Below the pieces are notes generated by a model, which had not been told where the DNA came from, made no database searches, and saw nothing but the letters and a program-made list of their open reading frames with translations. A stretch of DNA of 43,962 bases from Pseudobdellovibrionaceae bacterium (GTDB taxonomy: Bacteria; Bdellovibrionota; Bdellovibrionia; Bdellovibrionales; JAMPXM01), in assembly GCA_023701225.1 (NCBI GenBank), contig JAMPXM010000003.1, forward strand, positions 1 through 43,962. The letters are read 5' to 3'. The position numbers were made by a program, and so were the translations under genes. This document shows positions 27,512 to 38,094 of the stretch, piece after piece. The stretch's first letter is position 1. Each line of letters starts with the position of its first letter.

Positions 27512-28825
27512 ATGAACGTCGTTCTCCGCAATGGTCTGATCGTGACGATGAACCGCGCCCGCGATGTTTTTCGCGGCGAAGTCCATATCGTCAATGAACA
27601 CATTGCGTATGTCGGCAAGGCACAAAAGCCCGCGCCTCCTGGCGCCCTCGTCATCGATGCGACACACATGTTCGTGTTGCCCGGCCTGATTCAAGCTCAC
27701 GTCCATTTGTGTCAGGCCCTGTTTCGTGGTGACGCCGATGACATGAAGCTCCTCGACTGGCTGAAAAAACGCATTTGGCCGATGGAATCCGCACACACGC
27801 CGGCCTCGCTACGCGCCTCCGCCCGCATCGGCCTGCTGGAAATGGCTAAGTCCGGCACGACAGCCGTGCTCGATATGGGAACGGTCCACCATACGCAGCA
27901 CCAGCTGGAAGCCGTCGCGGAAAGTGGAATGCGCTATTGGGGCGGCAAGTGCTTGATGGACCTGAAATCCTCCTCGGGTCCGCTTTACGAAAAAACATCC
28001 GAGGCCCTGCGTGAAACCGAAGATCTCATGCGCGAGTGGAAGGGTAAACATGCCTTGGTCCGCTACGCCCTGTGTCCGCGCTTCGCGGTTTCCTGCACGG
28101 AGGGCCTCTTGGAGGCCATGGTCGACTTACAAGAGCGAGAGCAGGCGGTCATCCATACGCACGCATCGGAGAGCAAAGACGAGATCGCTCTGATCAAACA
28201 GCGTACGGGCCGGAACAACGTCGACTACTTCGCGCATCTCGGGATGCTCAATGACAAGACCGTGATCGCACACGGCGTTCATCTCACCAAAGGCGAACTC
28301 AAAAAAATGGTGCGCGCCGGAACGCCCCTGGTGCATTGCCCGAGCTCGAACCTCAAGCTCGCCAGCGGCATTGCGCCGATCAAAACATACGTCGAGGCTG
28401 GGCTAAAAGTGGCGCTCGGCGCTGATGGTGCTCCCTGCAACAACTCCATGGACCCGTTCATTGAAATGCGCCTCACCGCGCTTCTGCAAAAACCAAAATT
28501 CGGGCCCGATGCGATGCCCGCTCAAATGGCGCTGGAGTTGGCGACCGTCGGCGGCGCGCGTGCGCTCGGCGCGGAGGATCGCCTCGGGTCGCTCGAGGTC
28601 GGAAAGCTCGCCGACGTGATCACGATCGACCGCTCGCACCCGTCGGTCGCAACGGTGGAAAATCCTTATTCGGCCATCGTGTATTCTTGTTTGGGCCGCG
28701 ATGTCCGCGACGTGTTCGTCCATGGCCGCGCGGTCGTTCGCAATTGCGAACATCAGCTCTGGGATGAACACGAAGTCATCGCGAACGCGCAACGCGAACG
28801 CTCCTCGCTGATGAAACGAATTTGA
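27512..28825 (+). CDS. Amidohydrolase, 5'-deoxyadenosine/MTA-SAH deaminase family
   Basis: HVH, HTHASE, AHGVH, HCPSSNLKLASG and LGADG motifs; located in the nucleoside operon. Confidence 0.85.
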   Translation: MNVVLRNGLIVTMNRARDVFRGEVHIVNEHIAYVGKAQKPAPPGALVIDATHMFVLPGLIQAHVHLCQALFRGDADDMKLLDWLKKRIWPMESAHTPASLRASARIGLLEMAKSGTTAVLDMGTVHHTQHQLEAVAESGMRYWGGKCLMDLKSSSGPLYEKTSEALRETEDLMREWKGKHALVRYALCPRFAVSCTEGLLEAMVDLQEREQAVIHTHASESKDEIALIKQRTGRNNVDYFAHLGMLNDKTVIAHGVHLTKGELKKMVRAGTPLVHCPSSNLKLASGIAPIKTYVEAGLKVALGADGAPCNNSMDPFIEMRLTALLQKPKFGPDAMPAQMALELATVGGARALGAEDRLGSLEVGKLADVITIDRSHPSVATVENPYSAIVYSCLGRDVRDVFVHGRAVVRNCEHQLWDEHEVIANAQRERSSLMKRI

Positions 28826-29090
28826 TTGCGATGACTTGATCGGGGCGACCTGAACAGGACGACACGAGGTTCCGGCTCACGTCGTTGACGCTTTTCTCTT
28901 CTCTAATTTTTCCTTATCCCACCCGGCAAATCGTGCCTGGTCGCGGGTTTCCGGCGACTGGACGATCGTACGGATTTTGTGTTGGGCCCGTGGGAACGCA
29001 TTTTGTTTCGTTGTTGGACTAACTCTTTCACGGCGGCCAACCGACACTAAGGAAAGACACGAATCAGGATGAATTCGTGGGAGGCTCGAC

Positions 29091-30380
29091 ATGGATGTCG
29101 GTCAAGGTCGCCAGTTCCATCTCATAATGCTTTTCGTTTTGCCGCTGGCTTTAGCCGCGTGCAAAAAAGACGACTCCGTCGCCGAAGCGCCGTCGGGTTT
29201 TCAAGAAATCAGTTCCAAGTGCGAGTCGACGGCAGTGCCCAATCGCTTTCTGGTGAATTGGAAAGACGGCACCCTCTCGATCGAACACGCACGCAATCGA
29301 GAAGAGTTTTTACGTACGATCATGGAACCCAACGAAGGTCAAATTGACTTTGCTGAGCACGATCAACTTGTCCATTTGGAAATCACTGACGAAATCACCG
29401 GCGCCGCACCGACGACACGCGCGCTGACCATACCGGACGACTGGGGCCAGCAAATCGTCGAGGCCTCGGTCGCATGGTCCAGAGGCATCGTCGGCCAAGG
29501 AGTGACGGTCGCGGTCGTCGATTCAGGTGTTGATATCAATCATGTACAAATTCAACCACGTTTAGCGACGAACAGCGCGGAGATCGTTAACGGCGTCGAT
29601 GACGACGGCAATGGCTATATCGACGATGTTTACGGTTATGATTTCCAAGATGGTTCGCCGCAGGTGAATGATGGCACGGGACACGGTACACACGTGGCCG
29701 GTGTCATCGTCGCTGATCACGCCGTCAGTCTTGGCGAAACCACACCTGCCGTCAAAGGCCTTGCTCCGGGAGCGCAGCTTCTCCCATTGGATTTCATGAC
29801 GGACAGTGGCGCCGGATCGATTGGCAACGCGATTCGCGCCATCAAATATGCGGTCTCGCGCGGGGCCAAAGTCATCAACGCCAGCTGGGGCGGAGGCGCA
29901 TGTTCAGCAACCCTGCGCCAAACCATCCAGGAACTGGAAGCGCAAGGTGTGTTGATGGTAGTCGCGGCCGGTAACTCGGGCTCAAATTTGGATTGGGAAC
30001 CAGAATATCCAGCTGCCTTTCAGAGCGGCAGCCAAATCACCGTCGGCGCGAGTACATTCCGCGATATTATGGCCGGCTTCTCGAATTACAGCTACTCTTT
30101 GGTGCATCTGGCCGCGCCTGGAGCGGACATTTACAGCACGCTGCCGGGTAATCATACGGGCGACCTCTCCGGCACAAGCATGGCAACTCCGTTTGTTTCG
30201 GCCACCGCCGCTCTCTTGTGGAGTTTTCGTCCGCAAGCGACGGTCGCACAGATTCGCCACGCGCTGCTCAATGGTGTCGACCGCGACCCGGCCGATCCTC
30301 GCGGCGTTCTCGCCGTTTCCACCGGCGGCCGCTTGAACATTCGCAAAGCGCTCGATGAATTAGCGCGACAACTTCCTTGA
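29091..30380 (+). CDS. S8 subtilisin-like serine protease, lipoprotein
   Basis: Lipobox LAAC; catalytic triad in VVDSG, HGTHVAG and GTSMA; AAGN oxyanion motif. Confidence 0.93.
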   Translation: MDVGQGRQFHLIMLFVLPLALAACKKDDSVAEAPSGFQEISSKCESTAVPNRFLVNWKDGTLSIEHARNREEFLRTIMEPNEGQIDFAEHDQLVHLEITDEITGAAPTTRALTIPDDWGQQIVEASVAWSRGIVGQGVTVAVVDSGVDINHVQIQPRLATNSAEIVNGVDDDGNGYIDDVYGYDFQDGSPQVNDGTGHGTHVAGVIVADHAVSLGETTPAVKGLAPGAQLLPLDFMTDSGAGSIGNAIRAIKYAVSRGAKVINASWGGGACSATLRQTIQELEAQGVLMVVAAGNSGSNLDWEPEYPAAFQSGSQITVGASTFRDIMAGFSNYSYSLVHLAAPGADIYSTLPGNHTGDLSGTSMATPFVSATAALLWSFRPQATVAQIRHALLNGVDRDPADPRGVLAVSTGGRLNIRKALDELARQLP

Positions 30381-30670
30381 TGGAGTTCGTCGCTGGCGTT
30401 GACCGTTGGTGGTCACCGCCAGCGGACTAAAATCGCGTCGCCGACCACATCTTCTGCCATGTCTCCTAGGCGACCCCTCACACCGCAGAACACAATAAGA
30501 AACCCGCTTGCCTAACGCATCGCGAGGCGGGTAGCTTCTCTGCGTATTTCACAGGGTTCACGCATGATTGAAGGATGCCTTGCGGTCGCCGCGAAGGCTG
30601 GCACCCGATGCGTTCCCGCGGTTTTGAAACCGCTAGATTCAGTCAGTCCAACCCGATTGGAGAGCTTTGC

Positions 30671-32251
30671 ATGAGCACGAACATTGATGTGGCGAATATG
30701 TCGCGGACCGAACTGCGCGTACGCGAATTGGAAGACAAAAACGCGGAAGCATTGCGTGGCGGCGGCCCAGACAAAGTCGCCAAGCACAAAGAGGGTTCAC
30801 GCCTGTCCGCACGCGAACGCCTGGAAATGCTTCTCGATCCTGGCAGTTTCGTCGAGATGGATCGCTTTGTTACCCATCGCAGCACCAACTTCGGAATGGC
30901 CGACAAGAAGGTCCTCGGCGACGGCGTGATCACGGGCTATGGGCGCGTCAACGGTAAGCTCGTGTACGTGTATTCGCAAGACTTCACCGTCTTCGGCGGC
31001 TCGATGTCGAGAACTCAGGCCAACAAGATCATCAAGATCATGGATATGGCCATGAAAGTCGGCGCGCCCATCATCGGCTTGAACGATTCCGGCGGCGCAC
31101 GCATTCAAGAAGGCGTCGAGGCACTGGCTGGTTACTCGGATATCTTCCTGCGCAACACCCTTGCTTCGGGCGTAGTCCCGCAGATCAGCGCGATCATGGG
31201 ACCCTGCGCTGGCGGCGCGGTCTATTCCCCCTCGATCACGGATTTCATCTTCATGGTGAAGGACACGAGCTACATGTTCGTGACCGGACCGGATGTGATC
31301 AAGACCGTCACTCACGAAGACGTCACCAAAGAACAACTCGGTGGTGCCTTGGCACACGCGCAAAAATCCGGCGTCACGCATTTCGCGACCAACGACGACA
31401 AGCACTGCTTGCTGATGATTCGCGAACTCTTGAGCTTCCTACCGTCCAACAACGTCGATGACCCGCCGGTTCTTCCGACCGCGGATCGCCCCGACCGCGT
31501 CGAGGAAGCTTTGAACAGCTTTATCCCCGACAGTCCGAAAAAGCCGTACGACATGAGCGAGTTGATCAAAATGATCGTCGACGAAGGTTACTTCCTCGAA
31601 GTTCATCAACACTATGCCAAGAACATCATCGTTGGCTTTGCACGATTCAATGGCCGCGCGGTCGGTATCGTCGCCAACCAGCCGCAGGTTCTGGCCGGCT
31701 GCTTGAACATCGACGCCTCGAAAAAAGCAGCGCGCTTCGTGCGCTTCTGCGACGCCTTCAACATTCCGCTGGTGACGCTCGTCGATGTGCCCGGTTTCCT
31801 TCCCGGAACCGACCAGGAATGGAACGGAATCATCACGCACGGCGCGAAGTTACTGTACGCCTATGCGGAAGCGACTGTTCCGAAAATCACGGTCATTACA
31901 CGCAAGGATTACGGTGGCGCCTATTGCGTGATGAGCTCCAAGCATCTGCGCGGCGACGTGAACCTCGCTTATCCGACGGCGGAGATCGCGGTCATGGGCG
32001 CCGATGGGGCGGTGAATATTATTTTCCGCGAAGCCATCAAGAAAGCGTCGAACCCAGAAACCGAACGCAACCGCCTGACCACGGATTACGAACAAAAATT
32101 CGCCAATCCCTATGTCGCCGCGGAAAACGGCTTCATCGACGAAGTCATCGAGCCCGCATTGACACGGAAGCGCATCATTGATGCGTTGGAAATGCTGAAA
32201 AACAAAAAGGACACGAATCCGCCCAAGAAACACGGCAATATTCCGCTGTAA
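30671..32251 (+). CDS. pccB: Propionyl-CoA carboxylase beta (carboxyltransferase) subunit
   Basis: [29 protein letters not shown] and KKHGNIPL motifs. Confidence 0.93.
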   Translation: MSTNIDVANMSRTELRVRELEDKNAEALRGGGPDKVAKHKEGSRLSARERLEMLLDPGSFVEMDRFVTHRSTNFGMADKKVLGDGVITGYGRVNGKLVYVYSQDFTVFGGSMSRTQANKIIKIMDMAMKVGAPIIGLNDSGGARIQEGVEALAGYSDIFLRNTLASGVVPQISAIMGPCAGGAVYSPSITDFIFMVKDTSYMFVTGPDVIKTVTHEDVTKEQLGGALAHAQKSGVTHFATNDDKHCLLMIRELLSFLPSNNVDDPPVLPTADRPDRVEEALNSFIPDSPKKPYDMSELIKMIVDEGYFLEVHQHYAKNIIVGFARFNGRAVGIVANQPQVLAGCLNIDASKKAARFVRFCDAFNIPLVTLVDVPGFLPGTDQEWNGIITHGAKLLYAYAEATVPKITVITRKDYGGAYCVMSSKHLRGDVNLAYPTAEIAVMGADGAVNIIFREAIKKASNPETERNRLTTDYEQKFANPYVAAENGFIDEVIEPALTRKRIIDALEMLKNKKDTNPPKKHGNIPL

Positions 32252-32283
32252 GCGTCTTGGAATCGGGTTTCCTAGGAGAACGT

Positions 32284-33777
32284 ATGTTTAAAAAAGTCCT
32301 CATCGCCAATCGCGGCGAGATCGCGCTTCGCGTGATTCGCGGGTGCCGTGATCTTGGCATCTCATCCGTGGCCGTTTACTCAGATGCCGACCGCGACAGT
32401 TTGCATGTCGTGCTCGCCGACGAGGCGTACAACATCGGTCCCGCTCCGAGCAAAGACTCCTACCTAAAAATCGAAAACATCCTGCATGCCGCGAAAATTT
32501 CTGGCGCGGACGCGATTCATCCCGGCTACGGCTTCCTGTCCGAGAACGCCCAATTCGCCGAAGCATGCGAGCAGGCCGGTATCGTTTTCATCGGGCCGAC
32601 GCCACAGAATATTCGTGCAATGGGAGACAAACTCTCGGCGATCAAGCTCATGAAAGCCGCCGATGTTCCCACGGTGCCCGGCTCTGGTGGTCCTGTAGAC
32701 ACAGTCGAGGACGCCAAGCGCATCTGCGAAAAGATCGGCTTGCCCGTGATCATCAAGGCCACCGCCGGTGGCGGTGGTAAAGGGATGCGCATCGTCCACA
32801 AAATGGAGGAGCTCGAAAGCTCCTATCGCGCCGCCCGCTCGGAAGGCCTGAATTATTTCAAAAACGACACGGTCTATATCGAGCGCTACATCCAGAATCC
32901 GAAGCACATCGAGATTCAAGTCTTCGGCGACAAGCACGGCAATGTCGTGCACCTCTTTGAGCGCGAGTGCTCGATCCAGCGCCGTCACCAAAAGATCATC
33001 GAAGAAAGCCCAAGCCCTTCGGTGCCCGCGGATGTGCGCCAGAAGCTTGGCGAAGTCGCGGTTCGCGCCGCGAAGTCGATCAGTTACGTCGGCGCCGGGA
33101 CGTTTGAATTCATTTTCGATAACGTCACGAAAGAATTTTTCTTCATGGAAATGAATACGCGCCTGCAGGTCGAACATCCGATCACGGAGCTCGTGACCGG
33201 CGTCGACCTCGTACAAGAGCAGCTCTTCGTCGCCATGGGACGACCGCTCAGTTTTAAGCAGGAAGATATCGTTCAGCGTGGACATGCGATCGAAGCGCGG
33301 ATTTGCGCAGAAGATCCCGTGACCTTTGTGCCCAGCCCGGGGCTGATTCGTCGCTGTCGCCACCCGCAAGGTCCGTTCATTCGCGTCGACTCGTATGCCT
33401 ATCCGGGATACCAAGTGCCCATTTATTACGATCCCATGATCGCCAAGCTCATCGCGTGGGGTAAAACGCGCGAAGACGCCATTCGCCGCTTGGATCGTGC
33501 GCTGACCGAATTCACGCTCACAGGCATCAAGACCAACATCATTCTGCATAAGTCGATCTTGGCGGCGCCGAAATTCGTGGACGGATCCTATACGACGCAG
33601 TTCTGCGAAAAGGATCTCGAGATCAAGATGCCCAAGTTGTTCCGTATCGTCGACGACCATGTGTTCTTGATCACGGCCGCAATCGCCGCGTTCAACGACA
33701 AAAAGTCCAAAAATGTATCCGAGTACAGCGTCGCAAGCCGCTGGAAGAACTTAGGCCGTAAAGCTCAATTGAGGTGA
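32284..33777 (+). CDS. Biotin carboxylase subunit of acyl-CoA carboxylase
   Basis: ANRGEIA, HPGYGFLSEN, GGGGKG, ERECSIQRRHQK and EMNTRLQVEH motifs; no biotin domain. Confidence 0.93.
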   Translation: MFKKVLIANRGEIALRVIRGCRDLGISSVAVYSDADRDSLHVVLADEAYNIGPAPSKDSYLKIENILHAAKISGADAIHPGYGFLSENAQFAEACEQAGIVFIGPTPQNIRAMGDKLSAIKLMKAADVPTVPGSGGPVDTVEDAKRICEKIGLPVIIKATAGGGGKGMRIVHKMEELESSYRAARSEGLNYFKNDTVYIERYIQNPKHIEIQVFGDKHGNVVHLFERECSIQRRHQKIIEESPSPSVPADVRQKLGEVAVRAAKSISYVGAGTFEFIFDNVTKEFFFMEMNTRLQVEHPITELVTGVDLVQEQLFVAMGRPLSFKQEDIVQRGHAIEARICAEDPVTFVPSPGLIRRCRHPQGPFIRVDSYAYPGYQVPIYYDPMIAKLIAWGKTREDAIRRLDRALTEFTLTGIKTNIILHKSILAAPKFVDGSYTTQFCEKDLEIKMPKLFRIVDDHVFLITAAIAAFNDKKSKNVSEYSVASRWKNLGRKAQLR

Positions 33778-33780
33778 TCC

Positions 33781-34311
33781 ATGTTCTTCGAAGCTGAATT
33801 GCGCGATAAGCACTATAAAGTTGACGTCACCGAGACGCGGAGCCACTGGAACATCAACCTTCAAGAGGAAGATGGCGAGTGGATCCGCTACGAAATCTCG
33901 AAGAACGACTACAAGATGGTTGAAAACATCGTCAGCCTCATTTTTGCTGGCGGCTCTTATGTTTTAGACGTCTACGGCTCCGGCACGGAGTACAACGTTT
34001 ATACACGCGGCAGTTACCGCAACGTGAAAATCTATAATGACGAAAGCCTTCTGCACGAAAGCCTCAAGCGCGGCGGGCAACTCGGCAACGAAGCTCAGCT
34101 CACGGCTGGGATGCCAGGCAAGATCGTGAAAGTCATGGTCAACAAAGGTGAAATCGTGAAGGCAAACCAGCCTCTGCTCGTCATGGAGGCCATGAAAATG
34201 GAAAACGAAATGCGCGCGACTCATGAAGTGCGCATTCGCGAAATTCTCGTGAAGCCTGGCGACAGCGTGGAATCCGGTTCGACTCTAATCGCGTTCGAGC
34301 CTGTGAAATAA
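33781..34311 (+). CDS. Biotin carboxyl carrier subunit
   Basis: MPGKI...EAMKMEN biotinylation motif. Confidence 0.93.
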   Translation: MFFEAELRDKHYKVDVTETRSHWNINLQEEDGEWIRYEISKNDYKMVENIVSLIFAGGSYVLDVYGSGTEYNVYTRGSYRNVKIYNDESLLHESLKRGGQLGNEAQLTAGMPGKIVKVMVNKGEIVKANQPLLVMEAMKMENEMRATHEVRIREILVKPGDSVESGSTLIAFEPVK

Positions 34312-34316
34312 ACAAG

Positions 34317-35930
<1,614 letters not shown>

Positions 35931-36025
35931 TGCGCGCGACGCCCTTCGCGCTACATGCAGACCTTATAGCCATCGCCGCGGTGTGCCGATTGCGGCTGAT
36001 GGAATGCTTGAGTTAGGAAGCGCTT

Positions 36026-36361
36026 GTGAAATCTCTTTTGGCTCTCTTGATCTTGTTTTTCACGTCGTTTGCGTTTGCCGGTAGCGGCTACAGCTGGGAC
36101 ATCGAGGGTTACTGTCGGTACTATTCGGGTGGTGGACGCGTAGGCAGAACGGTGAACGACCGCTTTTGTGGTGGCGGTGAGTATGCCTGGGATATCCAGG
36201 GGTATTGCCGCTATTACTCCCTCGGCGGACGAGCCGGTCGTTCGGTTAACGACACCTTCTGTGGTGGTGGTGGGTATACCTGGGATATCCGCGGCTATTG
36301 TCGCTACTATTCAGGCGGCGGTCGCATGGGCCGAACCGTGAACGACCACTTTTGCGACTAA
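36026..36361 (+). CDS. Small secreted protein with three 31-aa Cys-paired repeats
   Basis: GTG start after AGGA; signal peptide ending AFA; three repeats that differ mostly at synonymous codon positions. Confidence 0.85.
   Translation: MKSLLALLILFFTSFAFAGSGYSWDIEGYCRYYSGGGRVGRTVNDRFCGGGEYAWDIQGYCRYYSLGGRAGRSVNDTFCGGGGYTWDIRGYCRYYSGGGRMGRTVNDHFCD
36089..36358 (+). repeat. 3 x 93-bp degenerate intragenic repeat
   Basis: Units start at 36089, 36182 and 36275 and encode YxWDIxGYCRYYSxGGRxGR[TS]VNDxFC. Confidence 0.92.
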
Positions 36362-36573
36362 GCGTCTGATGGCTTCAGTCCCCACCACGCCAGATCGCGA
36401 AAAAGACAACGTCGCAAAAAATCCAACCCAAAGAATTCGAAATAGTAACAATTCTCGGCGTAGAACTTGAAAGATCTCCATCTATCCCCCCCCCGCCCCT
36501 TCTCTTAAGTATTTGAAGTTCCTTGCCTAATTCTGGGTTCGCAAAGGCATTGGTCTTGCTCTTAGAGCGGCGT

Positions 36574-38094
36574 ATGTCGCTTGAACCCAAGACTGAACAT
36601 TCTCAAGGCCGTCTCCGTCTTCCGGAGTGGCTATCTCGGCCGCGGATGCTCCGTCGTCTGAGCATTGGCCTCTTGGTTTTGCTCCATGTCTTGGGCTTTG
36701 TTTGGCATCAATACGACGCTGGCCAAGAGGCACTCAACGCTGCGGATACCGTCGCGGCTGCGGGCGACACGATGGATGTGCCTGAAGTTTCGCTGACGGG
36801 ACCTTCGATTTTTGAACCCGGCTTTGGCCAAACTTTGATTCCGGGGCTTTCCTTTGAATCCGATCCGGCACCGTCGGCTCCAGAACGCTTGGAATTTGAT
36901 CGCGAGGCCGTCCTCTCGGACCAAGAAAATCGCATTCACGACGCTTTCCTGATTTCAGACGGACTGCGGGCTCGTGTCGGATTTTGGTTTGATGTCTATA
37001 CAAAATGGAGCGAGCACCAGCGCGTGATTCACCATGCCCGCTACCCATGGATCGTCTATCGCGTCGTCGACGTCACGTCGATTATCGAATCGCCGACACC
37101 CAAGTGGCGCTGGATGCGAAACCAGCATGCCGACAGTCTGGTGAAGAAAGAACTTTCAAAAATTCGCGCAGCACTTCGCTCGGTCTCCAAACGCCGGCAC
37201 CTCAATGACTTGAACTCTGATGAGCAAGATGTCGTCAACGCTCTCCACGGCTTGGGCGGCAATGTCCACACTCGTGCGCGTGCCGCTCTCGGCGAGACCC
37301 GCGTCCAAATGGGTCAGCGGAACTTTTTTGAAGAGGGATTGCGCATCAGCCCTCGCTACTTGCCGCAAATGGAACGCATTTTCGCGGCTCAGAAGCTGCC
37401 CATCGAACTCACTCGTCTGCCATTAGTGGAAAGCAGCTTCAACAAATTCGCGACCAGTAAAGATGGCGCCGCGGGTATTTGGCAGTTCATGAATAACGTG
37501 GGCGGAAAGTTCATGTTGATCAACGAACAGATCGACGAACGCCGCTCGCCATTCAAGGCCACCGAAGCGGCCGCACGCTTACTCAAAGAAAATCATCTCA
37601 TTCTCCATCGTCAGTGGCCGTTGGCCCTGACCGCCTACAACCATGGACCCAACGGCGTGCGACAGGCCGTGAAAGCGATGGGCACAAAAGACTTGTCACA
37701 AATCGTCGGCAAGTACCGCACGCGGATGTTCGGGTTCGCTTCGTCGAATTTTTATTCTTCGTTTTTGGCGGCGATGCATGCGCAGATGTACAACGACAAG
37801 ATTTGGCGCGGCCTTCAAACGGAACCCTCGCTAGATCCCCAAGTGGTCCGCCTTCCGCGCAGCTATCGCATCACGAAGTTGATGGCATTAACAGGTCTCG
37901 ATCGCGAGCAGATTCTTCTGTACAACCCGGACTTGAGTCAGATTCTCAAATACAACGGCTTAGTTCCACGCGGATTCCGCCTGCATGTGCCGAGTGATGC
38001 TCACTCCCGTGCCGTACAGAGGTTAGCGCAGCGAGTGGTTAAAGACGTTGATCACGCGGCTCTCCGTGAGAGCCGTGACCGATTGAATCTTTGA
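36574..38094 (+). CDS. Membrane-anchored lytic transglycosylase (MltD/Slt-like)
   Basis: N-terminal TM helix; VESSF (catalytic Glu), AAGIWQFM and LTAYNHG motifs; degenerate LysM-like C-terminus. Start uncertain. Confidence 0.88.
   Translation: MSLEPKTEHSQGRLRLPEWLSRPRMLRRLSIGLLVLLHVLGFVWHQYDAGQEALNAADTVAAAGDTMDVPEVSLTGPSIFEPGFGQTLIPGLSFESDPAPSAPERLEFDREAVLSDQENRIHDAFLISDGLRARVGFWFDVYTKWSEHQRVIHHARYPWIVYRVVDVTSIIESPTPKWRWMRNQHADSLVKKELSKIRAALRSVSKRRHLNDLNSDEQDVVNALHGLGGNVHTRARAALGETRVQMGQRNFFEEGLRISPRYLPQMERIFAAQKLPIELTRLPLVESSFNKFATSKDGAAGIWQFMNNVGGKFMLINEQIDERRSPFKATEAAARLLKENHLILHRQWPLALTAYNHGPNGVRQAVKAMGTKDLSQIVGKYRTRMFGFASSNFYSSFLAAMHAQMYNDKIWRGLQTEPSLDPQVVRLPRSYRITKLMALTGLDREQILLYNPDLSQILKYNGLVPRGFRLHVPSDAHSRAVQRLAQRVVKDVDHAALRESRDRLNL

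Noticed and set aside
30381-30670. Cobalamin riboswitch upstream of the B12-dependent mutase operon
   Set aside because: I could not find the GGGAA, GCCACTG or B12-box consensus; kept only as a generic structured region.
36026-36361. Classical RiPP gene cluster around the repeat peptide
   Set aside because: No adjacent modifying enzyme, peptidase-transporter or immunity gene, and the leader is a Sec-type signal peptide.
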